Assembly: GCF_000150275.1 (NCBI RefSeq)
Contig: NW_002060946.1
Location: 5,413,454-5,477,453 of the forward strand
Length of the DNA: 64,000 nucleotides
Origin: Trichoplax adhaerens
Lineage: Eukaryota > Animalia > Placozoa
Reading direction: 5' to 3'
Positions within the stretch are counted from its first letter, which is position 1; the number at the start of each line of letters is the position of its first letter. Below are positions 1-12,100 of the stretch, one piece after another. The notes under the pieces are model-generated. The model was not told the DNA's origin. It saw nothing but the letters and a program-made list of their open reading frames with translations, and ran no database searches. The translations under genes were made by a program, and so were the position numbers.

Positions 1-600
1 AAACTACCTTCAACTATATATCAACGCCTACGATAATAGAGAAGGATTCTTTTTGCTATTATTAAGTATTAAAATAAGGCCTTCAATAGCTTTATCATTT
101 CTAAATTTTCGAAAATAGAAGTGAACTTTAAAGGTAATGCCTAGTTTAAATATCTTCAACTCTGTGTCAACGGCTACAATGACAAAGAAGGACCCTTGTT
201 GCTATTTTTAAGTATTAAAATGAGGATTTTAAAGGCTTTATCATTTATAAATATTCGGAAATATGGATAATTTTAACGGTAATGCCTGGATTAAAGCGTC
301 ACTATTTCACTAAGAAAGTATAAAATAACGATTCCATAACGGTTATGATGACAGAAAGGGATATTCTTGTTACTGTTTTTAAGTTTTTAGATGAGGTTTT
401 CAATGGCTTTATGATTTATAAATACTCAGAAATATGAATCAACTTTAAAGGTTAGGCCTGGATTAAAATATATGTATCAACGACTACGATGATAGAGAAG
501 GATTGTTTGTACATAGTCAGAAATATAGATCAGTTTTAACGGTAATACCTAAATTAAAGCGTCATTATTCTACGAAGGAAAGGTAAAATAACGATTCTAA
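1..600. repeat. Degenerate tandem repeat (minisatellite), ~4 units of ~145-170 bp, probably continuing left of the window
   Basis: Recurring blocks caacg.ctac.atga.a.agaagga, gctttatcattt.taaat and tttaa.ggtaatgcct.g.ttaaa near 20-150, 165-295, 335-465 and 475-560. Units 2 and 4 carry an extra gcgtca..att...aaaataacgattc tail. Confidence 0.85.
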
Positions 601-3078
601 TCCAAAAAAAAATAAAAAATAGGAATGATGGATCATTTTATCTACTTACGATCTTGATCATATTGCCTCCAAATATGCATAAATTCAACTGAAGTTAATT
701 TGGTCTTGCCACGAAATTGAGTCACGAATGGACAATTCAGTAACTTCTGTCTTCGATTTAAACTCATGGTATTCTTAATCAATAGTGATTTACTTTGATA
801 CTTGCAAGAGCAGAATTATCAATCAATCTTATCAATAATTATTCAATTTAAACTTTTCCTCGGTATCTTTAAGGCCTAAACAATCTACTAATCTTGGCTG
901 TTTCATTCCCTTCTACTCCTAGAAAAGAGACCTAGAAGTAATTAGTCGTCATTGAACTAAATTGTGTCATCAGCGGTGAAGCATGAATCATAATCGGAAT
1001 AAATATCAGGAACAAAATTAAGTTAAACTACCGTATTGCAAGATTTTCAGGTCTATTATGACCGAAATGATATTGCTATCGTTTTTATAGACAAATGATC
1101 CAGATAATTACATAATTTTCATTTACAAATGGATAGAGATGATTGATTACGATGTGAAAAAGTATAACTTACTTTGATGTTTCGGATATCATTATAATGA
1201 AGTCAAACTCAATAAAAGTTATAAAGTGGAACAGTATTGCATTCATTCAATTCTACTTTCTACTGTTCATCCGGTGTTTCATTAAGTAAGACTAAAGCTA
1301 CAACAAATACTCCAGAGCAGAGAATAGAGAGGAAAATACAAGGCAACACAAGATATTTTTATTGTATTTAATTTACCTCCATTAAATTAAATTGCAATTT
1401 AGACTTAATGTGTACATTGACATCGTTACTGTAGATAGAATAATATTAATTGATTGAAAATTGAATACAAGAAGCAAACGATGAGAATCGATTCCATCCG
1501 CTATTTGAGTGTCTTCAAGTGAAAGAATAAAAAAGATACTCTATCAATAACGATGGCAACAATATGATGTCCGTCCTAAAACTAATAGTATTACAAATGA
1601 AAATAAATATCCATTCGATAATAGAAGATAAAAAAAACAGGTGCATGATGTGAAGCGATTAATATTTGATAAGAATAATATTCTATTTTATCCTTTATCT
1701 TGACATTATTTCTTACAGTACCGGTATTGGATTGAAAATGATCTCTTGATTATATTCTCCCTCCATTTATTTTCCTAATTATATCATCATCTATTGATTC
1801 TACTTTAATTAGTATATTATTGCTTGTCAATATTGATTGTTTCTATTTTTATTGATTCTTTATTATAAAGAGAGAAAATTTTATTCTTACACTTTATCAT
1901 GGGATAAAAAGAGTTGACTATAGAGCAGTTATCGCTATCCAATAATTTTCTCTCTAGGTATTTCAAAAATCTCTTTCGAATCTTAGAATAGTATTACTAT
2001 CCCCAAGATTATCCAACCGACTTTCAATTATTTCTATCTGTTGTCAAGTTACCCTTCACCAATATCCATGTTATGGAATTTAAGAAAAATGAAAAGGTGT
2101 TAGACCCATTTATCATGTACATTTTTCTATAACGTTGATTTAGATCCATGCTAAGTAATCTAGTCATTATAATTGAGGTAGCCCTTGCTTCATTTCATCC
2201 ATGATGTAATAGATGGATCAGTGATCAATGTAATTCAATTTCAGGCGATTTTTAATATCAAATAATACAAGATTGCGTTAATGCTACGATTGGGTTCCAT
2301 TAGATGGATAATGTACCATAACTATTTTCTTATAGCCTATTTACATTTTAATTTTATTCTTCTCTTATAACTACCATCTTGATTCATTCACTATTTCTAG
2401 CTTAATGGTAGCTTTCACTTTCTCGATATTAGTTGTGTTCTGTTTAACAATTTTATTAGGAGCTAATGATTTGATTTATTTTCGGCTATCAAACTATTTC
2501 GATACCCTAGTGTAGAATCAATATCAACATCATGTACTAGACAACTAGAATAGTCATGATAGACTACTTTATTCTATAATACCTATGATAATACTTTTTT
2601 CGCCAATTTCATAATGCTATTGAATGGTAATAAAATCGAATGTGAAAACAGTATTACCATTATATTAAATTTTCAAGCAATGCCACCTTTTCCATTTTAT
2701 ATTGTTATAAAGTATTGACATTAGCATAGAAAAAAATAAAGTTGATTATTGCTTCCTTAATGCCATTTTCGCCGCACATTTAATAAAATTAGAGTGGGAT
2801 ACAATTTTATTAATTAATAATGTGTCAAAATTTGAAATTTTATTACGCATGCTGTTGATACTGCTTGCCAATTGATTCTCAGTCCTTGTGCTATTTCTCC
2901 TTGTAATTAATTATAAATGCAAAGATGTTGCAAATGCAAAGTAAACATCGTACGGGAAATAAGGAAGAAGAATCTACACAGCTATCGTTTATTTGTGTAT
3001 GATTAAATTTAGAAATTGGCAGTTCATTGGTCGAATCATCATTGTTCTATCTTTCCATTAATAGGAATTAAAGTTATT

Positions 3079-3980
3079 CGAGACTACTGCGATTATGATC
3101 AAAACTTTTAAGCTACTGGCAGATTAGATATAATATAAACGGATAAGATTTAAAATCCAAGACATGGAGAGTATAGATCTTAAATCAGGAGAAAAATGAG
3201 TCTAGCGATTTTCACGTGATTAGCTTTATCATCCTATCTCTCCATCAGCATGAATTAAGGATATATGAGACGACTACGATTATGATTACAACCTTTTTAG
3301 CTAGTAGTAGATTGGATATACAGTACAGTAATTGTCACGATGCTAAAGACTACCATCAAGCATAAATATGTTGTATTGATTGTTATACACTTGCTAGCTT
3401 GCCATTAAGTTATAGATTGTAAAGCTAATTCATTTCTCTATAAGAGTAAGTGGATTAGTTAGATACCTAATTTTCAAGAGAGCTCAAAGGTTAGTTTGTG
3501 TTCTGATCATGATCGTCTCGTGTTGTAGTCGTGTTATATGGGTGCTCTAACGTAATTAAATTAGAGCATGAAATTGTACAAATTTAAGTCTAACGATGAA
3601 TGTCAGCCGTGTCGTTTATTAGTATTAATTTCCAGGTATAAGCTCTGTAGCTGCTCGCAAATGTAGATAAAAGGTATAAAAGCGAATTAAATTCTATAAT
3701 AGAAAGAGTTGGTTATTTTATCGTTTACGCGTAAAGAGAAGTTTTATATCGTTTCTGCTGTAAAATTTAAGGAAGAACTTTATAGTTATCGCGGCGAACT
3801 AATCTTGATAAATAGTTCGAGATTAAAGAAGACCGAGAAATATCTTTGATATCTCTTTGACATATATATATATATATATTGATGAAAATAATATAAACGG
3901 ATAAAAATTAATAACCTAGCCTTGGAGAATATAAATATCAATTCTTAAGAAAAAATAGTCAAGCGAATTTTATGCGACTA
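3079..3980. repeat. Local ~140-bp duplication whose second copy is split by an insertion
   Basis: Copy 1 is 3079-3221 (gagactactgcgattatgat...agattagatataatataaacggataa...ggaga.tata). Copy 2 has its first half at 3267-3320 and its second half at 3888-3980. Confidence 0.7.
3333..3862 (+). mobile_element. Solo-LTR-like element
   Basis: TGTCA...TGACA inverted termini, TATAAAAG at 3675, ATTAAA at 3822. It interrupts a duplicated host sequence. No clear TSD (gtaat vs tatat; the right flank is a TA microsatellite). Confidence 0.55.
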
Positions 3981-4349
3981 TAATCATTGGATTTTATGAG
4001 TAAAATTAAAGGAATAAGGTTTCGATTTTCTCTATCTACATCCATTTAAGATAATCATGGATTTAGAAAAGATAATGACCAAATCGACTATAAGTCTAGT
4101 TAGAATGTAATCTACAGTAGAAAAATGATTCTTTTCTACTTCTATTTTACCTACAGTAGTAGGAATATAATATTACGGAGATATGACTTGTCTTAAACAT
4201 CACTTAAGGTCAAGTACAGTATATGTTTACGATTTAATGATGTAAATAAATAAATAGCAGTAATTAGTTTATTCTTCACTTTACATCTTGTTTGTAAATA
4301 AATAGCGTAAAAATTCTGCTATTTCTTAGCCTTAGTACGTATATCCATC

Positions 4350-4389
4350 GACTACTAGAAATTACAATTGTCTATAATTTCTAGTAGTC
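4350..4389. repeat. Perfect 15-bp inverted repeat (hairpin, micro-MITE-like)
   Basis: gactactagaaatta (4350-4364), 10-nt spacer, taatttctagtagtc (4375-4389). Confidence 0.8.
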
Positions 4390-6004
4390 TGTGGTATACC
4401 TAAACAATCAAATTTAGCTAAATTGCATATTATAATAAGAGTACTATTCTAAGCTCTATCTGCCAAATGGATTAACACAACTCACTCTTAAATCATATAA
4501 AGACTATTACTTAGCAATCCTTTCCTACAATTTGACGAAATAGACAAAATTTCTTTTCTTATTTCATTACTGATATCAGATGCATTTATCTCATTAATTT
4601 ATATATTGCAGTGCCCCAGTATTTTGACCTTAAATCTTATTTTTTAAATGAAAAATCTTATTCAAAGGCTGTATTAAACGCTTCATTTATAAAACAATAT
4701 ATTTTGGAATAAATTTATATCATTAATAGGTATCCATTAAAAATGTACTAATTTCCGTTACGCTAAGATATTAGTTCCCTGCTAGTATAAGAGAAGTTCA
4801 TGAAACTAATTTAGCTAGTAGCCGTCTAATTATCTATTTCATGATATCAATATTACGGTTAGCTCTAGGTTTTGCTAGTTAGTGCAATTTAAGCTCCTTT
4901 TATTACTTCATATTGTACTTACTATCAATCAATTTAGTTTAATCAGATATTAATAATTGAATCCTATTTATCTATATTCTCCTTATCCTTCAATTTACTA
5001 GCATAATCTTTCCTAAGCTGAAAATTAGATATTCTGGATAATTCACTTTGCGTTTAAAATATGATATGGTATTACTCTCCACTTAAAAATAAACAAAATC
5101 GATATTGATCGCTTTAAAATTCGAAGATTGGATTTTGATGTAGCCACTACTTTCATAAGTAAGTAAATATTACTTAACTCAGCGTAGATATTCCTTATCA
5201 ACTTTGAAATTAGCTAATAAAATTTGTAGGTTATAGTAATTAGCTGACTCTCTTTCATCTTTAAGGAACTTCTACATTATATGCAATTAATCAATAGTAT
5301 AAAGAATATTTTTTAGAGCAAGCACTACGTGGAGATACATTACTAAACTGTCAATCTTGAAATAAAATTATCCAATAAACGCTGCCAGCAATTTTAGTGC
5401 ATGTTACTCGTCAATTTCACTGACTTACTAGTTAGGGTTAAACAATAAGTAATATCTACGGTGTATTCTATACACTTTGAAAACAAATTTTAATTCTAAT
5501 ATAAATGATCTCATTAATTACATTAGTAAATCGAATCACATAAAACTACATAGACAATATTAAAATTCAAGGTGAAGACTTTTATCGGTGAGCTGCAATG
5601 GTTCTATTACTTATACATAAGTATTGAACAATTCAAGATAGATTTTAACGTAAAATTTCCACGTAGAAAACTCTCAGACATTAAGCAAATTAGTATAAAT
5701 ATTTTTATTATCGTCTTCTATAGAGTGCAACAGAGGCTAAAACCAAATGAAGTTTTCTTCTTAATTCAAGCAGAAAGATATTAGGATTATAGTCATATCA
5801 ACTGGTAGATAATACTGTGTCGATTTATTTCAACTATTGTAATGATCGAGTAATAGTCTTTTACTATTACTACATATGAAATAACAAAAATTGCGCTAAA
5901 TAAGAGTCCGACCATAATTTCAAACAGGAAGATATGATATAGTAATAGTACCAGCTAGTAGAAAAATAATGTAGCTACTTTAAAATAGTGTAAGGTATAG
6001 TTCG

Positions 6005-6610
6005 TGTAATGTAACTAGTATTGTGATTGTAGACTGCTAGCCATGTTTAGTATAATGTACGGTAGATATTATTCTAAGAGATATTTGGTAGCTATAACTA
6101 TAGACTGTAGTGGTAGAGACTCTATGCTAGAGTACAGATGACTATATACAGTAAGGTGTTGAGTTACTAATAAGGCTATAGGTAAAAACAGAACTGTAAA
6201 TCATATATTATAATATGGTTAATTCATCGTACTTTGGCTGGTGTGAATAATGTCTACGTAAATACTGTAATCGTATCCATATTGGATTAATGATGGTCCG
6301 CAGTAGAATAGTCTTACTAAGAATAATTTAACTATGTATAAAATAAGGTAAAAGGTTGCCATGCGGATTGTAGCTGCGAATGCTACGAAAAGTATAAAAG
6401 CATGCAACTTTAGATTATTCTGTTAGTTTGTTCTAGAAGTCTTTAGTATTTCGCGAACTGACTAGGCAATTCGCGAAATCACTGGATTTCGTACTTGCAC
6501 GGTAACAGTATTCGGCTAAAGTAGAGCTGTGTGTAGTTGATCTTTGTATAAGATTCAATAAAGCCCTTATTTTTCTAAAATTTGGAATTTCGTGATTGGT
6601 ATATATCACA
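6005..6610 (+). mobile_element. Solo-LTR-like element related to 3333-3862
   Basis: TGTAATGTA...TATATCACA ends (alternative start TGTGAT at 6022). TGTAGCTGC at 6369 is followed by TATAAAAG at 6393, the same arrangement as 3646/3675. AATAAA at 6557. Only a partial TSD (gttcg/tctcg). Confidence 0.5.
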
Positions 6611-7157
6611 TCTCGCTATAAATTTTTTTAGTAAACAATTCAAAGGCGACCTAGTTATACTATTACCTTACCGTTTATACTGTACTGGATTTAAAATTTA
6701 GTCATCTTTCGAATAGTCGTCATGACTGATTAGACCGATACAGTATCTAAAGGTGAGGCTAAATTTGTAGACGCGGTAGCTAATACATACTACTGATAGT
6801 TAATAGAATATGCCACGCAAAATCGTTTCCGTGATAGTGAAATGATACTGATATAAATAGGGTAATCAACATATCCGTCATCAAAATATCTTCCGGATAA
6901 TATAAGGGATAACAAGAGTTTCCTTTTATTTTAACATAATTAGACACAATTAGAATCATCGTTATTAAGAAATTGCTCAGTAGATACCCAATTACGGAAG
7001 GAATATTTCACAACGATCATGAAGGGGCTTAAGGGTTACGTTATTATCTAATATGTATGATTTTGTACTAAATTATGAATCTAGTTATAATCAAATTCAG
7101 ATAGACATATACTTATAAGCAACTCAACCTTAATATTATTTCTAAAAAATGAATGGC

Positions 7158-7599
7158 TGTCACAAACCAGCTTCGTGATAAGGATAACGTAAAACAAATC
7201 TCTAAATTACTATAGTCTCCGGGATTCAGTATCCCTTAACTACCTCACAAGAATTTAGACCTCTTTGATTCTACGTTAAACTCAACTAGACAATTGAGAA
7301 CTGCTTTATTCAACTATCTGACGGGCTTATATACCCTTCTACAGCAGCTAACATTCATGAGTCATCTTATAAAAATTCTTATGTAAGAACATCTACTAAC
7401 TAATTTTTCACAGTCGGGCTACAATATGTCCATTCACAGAATCATTTCAGTACACATTACAGCACAGCATTAAATTTACTGTAACACATTTATAATTAGA
7501 GTAATTCCTACTGTAAGTAACTAGTTGTAATATATTATCACTATATTATATTAACCAAATTTAGATGGCTATTTCTTCACGGTAGTTCGTACCGTGACA
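7158..7599 (-). mobile_element. Solo LTR of an LTR retrotransposon with 5-bp target-site duplication
   Basis: ATGGC-[TGTCAC...GTGACA]-ATGGC: perfect 6-bp terminal inverted repeats and a perfect 5-bp TSD. Minus-strand TATATAA (7333-7327) and AATAAA (7310-7305). 442 bp, no ORF. Confidence 0.75.
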
Positions 7600-8559
7600 A
7601 TGGCATAAGAGCTTTATTAATTATTAACACCAAAATAGAGTAACAATGCATTTATTAACTCCTTACGAGTACCTGTGCCATTAACGTTAAAAGCAAAATT
7701 GACGTATCTGAGATTCGAAAAGGATTAGGATACGCAATGTAATGATTTACCACACAGGCAAAAAATACTAAACACCATGTCAATGATGCATATAAACTGA
7801 TAACTGTATCGCATTAATACATCGAAATTTTAGTCTTTGTTGTAAATGCAAATTACACCAATTATCACCTTAACTGGCGATTTCATTCTTGGTTTTTGGA
7901 TATTTCGATGAAGAAAATTTAAAAAGCATCAGTAACACAAACTATAGAAATGTTATATCTACTTTCCATATAACTTATCAAGGCTTATCTATTATAGCCT
8001 CATAGAAATACTTTCAATCTTATACAATTACACAAAATTGCTAAATATTATGTTACTGATGAATCGAAATGACTTACAGGAATTGTATTGTAATTTATCA
8101 CTATCAATGTAGTACAAATTATAGTGTTAACTTACAGCTTCAAATGGCTGTTTACTACATTTATAAAAAACTTATTGTTATTATACCAATTTTTCGTAAA
8201 TACTTTATAAGAATTTTGTAATACTAACTTAGGTAATATGATTAAATTTTTCACGTTACATGGTAAATCAACTATAGTTGCGCTTATTCTCTATCCTTCT
8301 GATCTATACCAATAAAATTAGACTAGCGGGAGTGAAGATATCATTCTAACTGAAATAGATCACATAACTGTCTTTCAAATTTCATTTATAGAAAGCTATC
8401 ATCCTATGATTTTGCCATGAATTAGATACATTGCCAGTATACGCAATGAACCTTTTGACTTCGACATTTTTAATACAATATTTACTAATTGTAATCTAAT
8501 TTATCCATGCTAAAGAGAAAATTTTAATTCGATACATCTTCCATGTTGCTATATAGCTG

Positions 8560-9102
8560 TTACATGATGATACATTTATTATCTTGCCGTTGCTTTATGA
8601 GTTCATAGACAGAGAGATAACCTTGAAGACGAGCAGTCCGAGCAGGTGATTTTGCATCATAGTTCTTGATTTTACAATCGAGGGTATCAATCTTTAAGAT
8701 TTCTTGAACGATATCCCGATTTCCGTTACGAGCAGCTAAATGGAGAGCAGTGTCTCCTTTAACATTCTGAGCATTAATATCACGAATAAAATCACTACAA
8801 CTCAGTAGTAGCTGGACTATAGCTGCATGTCCATTTTCGCATGCTACATGAAGGGCCGTATCGCCATTGAGATTATTCATTGCAAGATCAATATTGGGGT
8901 GGCTATTTTTATAATTAATAATTACTTGCACTACTTTAGTACGGCCTCGTGCGGCAGCCAACAATAATGGCGTATTTTTTTTACCATCAGTGTCGTTAAC
9001 ATTCGCAACAGTCTTCAGTAGGCTATAAACAACAGCAGAATTACCGCGTTCAGCTGCTTCTAGTAGTAATGTAGTAGTACTATTCAATCTGAGTCTTTTC
9101 AT
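8560..9102 (-). CDS. Ankyrin-repeat protein (180 aa, ~4-5 repeats) with C-terminal CaaX (CIIM); intronless CDS, paralog 1
   Basis: Ankyrin motifs KNTPLLLAAARG, GDTALHVACENG, GDTALHLAARNG; ends DNKCIIM*. First in-frame ATG is at 9102 (the ORF-track start at 9147 is TTG). Confidence 0.9.
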   Translation of the reverse strand: MKRLRLNSTTTLLLEAAERGNSAVVYSLLKTVANVNDTDGKKNTPLLLAAARGRTKVVQVIINYKNSHPNIDLAMNNLNGDTALHVACENGHAAIVQLLLSCSDFIRDINAQNVKGDTALHLAARNGNRDIVQEILKIDTLDCKIKNYDAKSPARTARLQGYLSVYELIKQRQDNKCIIM

Positions 9103-12100
9103 TTTATACCAGTATGCTTTCAAGATGAAGCTCAAGCTTAATTTCAACTTTAATTTACAGTAATAAATTCCTATAAGTGAGATAAAGAATAGTTTTAAAG
9201 CTCGATACCTGTTTCATGAAGCGCTTAAACAACTTTAGTGATAAGTACACACACTCACACACAGTATTAATTTACTTCATATGGGATTAAAATACAACTT
9301 TGGTAGCAGTTAAGTATGAAATTGTCCAAATCAGTGCAAAAATTTTCTGTTACAAGCCGAATAGAGATTAAACTAAGCAGTAAATTTGAATGATGTAGAG
9401 CCTCTGAGGTTATGTAAATATTTAAAATTTGACCGATAACCAATTATGATTATTCCAACTGATCTCCAAAAACCGGATACGAATTGTTATTAATTTATCA
9501 TACTTTAGATAAATTTATAGTATCACCAGTATTACGATTCATATACTAATGATATACCATTTTATAATTCATAAAGGATAGTTTTTATTTTACTTATATA
9601 GGGACAAGAATCACGAAAGATTGTAAGCTATAATTTATAAATCTGATCCAATCTACTAATATATCCACTTCCGTAGATTTTCTGATTTTAATTTTAACTG
9701 TAATCTGTGACTTCTGTCGTATGAATGATTATGAAATGTCTTGTATTAGAATTTATCTTCGATAAGGAATGAATCTACTAGACGGAAAGACTTAGCTTCC
9801 AGTTACAAGTTACATTCACTACATGGCAATAAATTTGACATAAATAAATTTAACGTAAATAAATGGGGTAAATGTAAGAGAACACACCTGTAAACAAGTG
9901 TTATAGCATTGTTTACATGATAGTAGTTTAATTTAAGAAATTTTAATTAACTTCTGCTTATTGCATTATTGGCAGAAATTTAGTTATACTTCTTTCAGAG
10001 TATATAATGAACGTATATTAATATGAATTTTGCCTAAGGTAAAGGTGGTTTACACAGTCGTTATATCAAATTACGAAGAAGTTGGCATAAATCTGCGATT
10101 CTATGAAATAAATATTAATCTTCGAAGTGCTTTAGTAATATAAAATTTATCGTGATCAATATACATATTAGAATATATTCCCGTACAAGCTAATTTAAAG
10201 TTAAAACTCTGATTAATGACGTATTTAAGTTATTCTTGCTATTTGAAATTGAGAATATCATTACACGGATAGAAATTTTTGTTGAAATCGTTCATGTAAA
10301 GAAATGGAAACGTAATAAATCGTTTACTTCATTCACGCAGTATTAGACATATCATTCATCCGTTGATTTAAAGGTAATAATTTCAAAATCATCCTATCCG
10401 TACTTTTTACAATCCAACTATTTTTACCTGATATGGAACGAGAGATTTCTTCTTCAAGACAAGGAAGACAGAAATATCAAATGATTTAAGTGAATGATTA
10501 AGATGAAAATATAGATGGCGATTCTATTAGCGAAATTTTTATGAGTGATTAAAAAATTGAAAAGTAACGGTGGTTATATAACTATTTTTCGATTGTACGA
10601 ACTATCAATAGATAGAAGGCATCAAAATAGAATTCAATAATTGTATGTTGCAAATATAAAATAATTATCAGTACATAGAAGATTTTTGCATGACAATTGG
10701 TTATGATGATTGTAAGGAACAGAAATGATCACAATTAAATCGACTATGATTGATTTTTAACTTTGACGTAAGAAATAAAGGTAATAAAGACAATGGCTAT
10801 TTATCTGGACAAGACCTCCAAAAGGATAGTGCTGATGATGTCGTTACCCCAAAAACACTTATCCTATGATACCTATTACCTGATAATGTAGAAAAAGAAT
10901 AGAATTTGATTACGCTTAGATCCAATGAGATTGAACAATGTAACCGTAAAAAAAGAGCTGCTAATATTCTTATCCATTATGATATCAATATCTGACTTGA
11001 CTGAGATGGGTAGTACCGTAAAGGCTTTCGATTGCATCCTGTGGCGTAGCCCCAAATATAGCTAAATAGATTGTGAAAATTGTGAGTAGCAAACGATAGG
11101 TTGTGAGATTGTAGAGTAATAAGGTTCTAATTAGGTAAATGAGTTTATTAAGACTAACCAGTTACAGTAAGTATTTTAGCTCTGCTTAGAAATATCTTGT
11201 TAAGGTGTTATAACACCAATGAAGGGTGCAAAGCGTGCTGGAATAATTAACAAGGTTGATTATGTGTAAAAATGCAAATGTATATAAACCGGAGATTTTA
11301 TCTCAGTTGGTGAGTGAGCACACCATGTAATATAAAGTGAATTAAGAGAATTATTTTCCTAAGATCAGAGGTTTCATTTTTTTAACTTAGATTAGATACT
11401 GTAAGATCTCTCTTACTTCACTTATATATGATCAATTTGCTAGAATTATAGCACAAATTAGATTCCATAGTATTGCATAAGATACTATTTAATCGGCAAA
11501 CTTCTCTAAAGATCCGGTGTTAATCTCATTACTTACTTGAGCTCTACAATTAATATCTGTTCCAACTTGTAGAATAATAGCCCATTATATACTCACTCCT
11601 ATCTACGTAAGACCAATATCTAGGGTGGATTTTACAGTATTAGTATGTACTAGTATAATAATTTAGACTCGTCTAAATATGGTAGCGATCAAGCCCTTAA
11701 TCCAGCCATGTAGGCTGATATCTTGCTTAGATTTCACCTTTGTAATAGTATTGGCGCATGTAATAATTTCGATTTTTCTAAATTTAGTCAAGCCTTTATT
11801 TCCGGTATAACGGTATTTAAGCTATCTCCTCTTTACTTTTAATGGATATACAGACGGATATCTTAGCTGGATTTTTACATTCGCAAAAGCATTAAAGCGT
11901 GCAATAATTTAGATTAGATCCCTTAAACCAGATCTGCCAACATGTAAAATATCTCTTTGACTGCTATGGAAATTCAGGATGAGATCTTGGCCAGATTTTA
12001 CGCTTGTGATATCATTAAGAAATGTATTACTTTAGATTAGTTCTATATTGCAACTATACCCTTAATCTAGCCAAGACAACATGTAAACTCTTCCCAGTTC

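Noticed and set aside
1690-2450. Purine-rich minus strand resembling a decayed retroelement ORF
   Set aside because: Many stops and no recognisable gag, RT or integrase motif.
9103-9147. N-terminal extension MKLSLSFILKAYWYK of ankyrin paralog 1
   Set aside because: It starts at TTG; the first ATG is at 9102, so the equal 195-aa length of all three ORFs is partly an artefact.
11040-11600. Possible fourth solo LTR (TGTGGCG start, TATATAAA at ~11281)
   Set aside because: No matching 3' terminus or TSD found.
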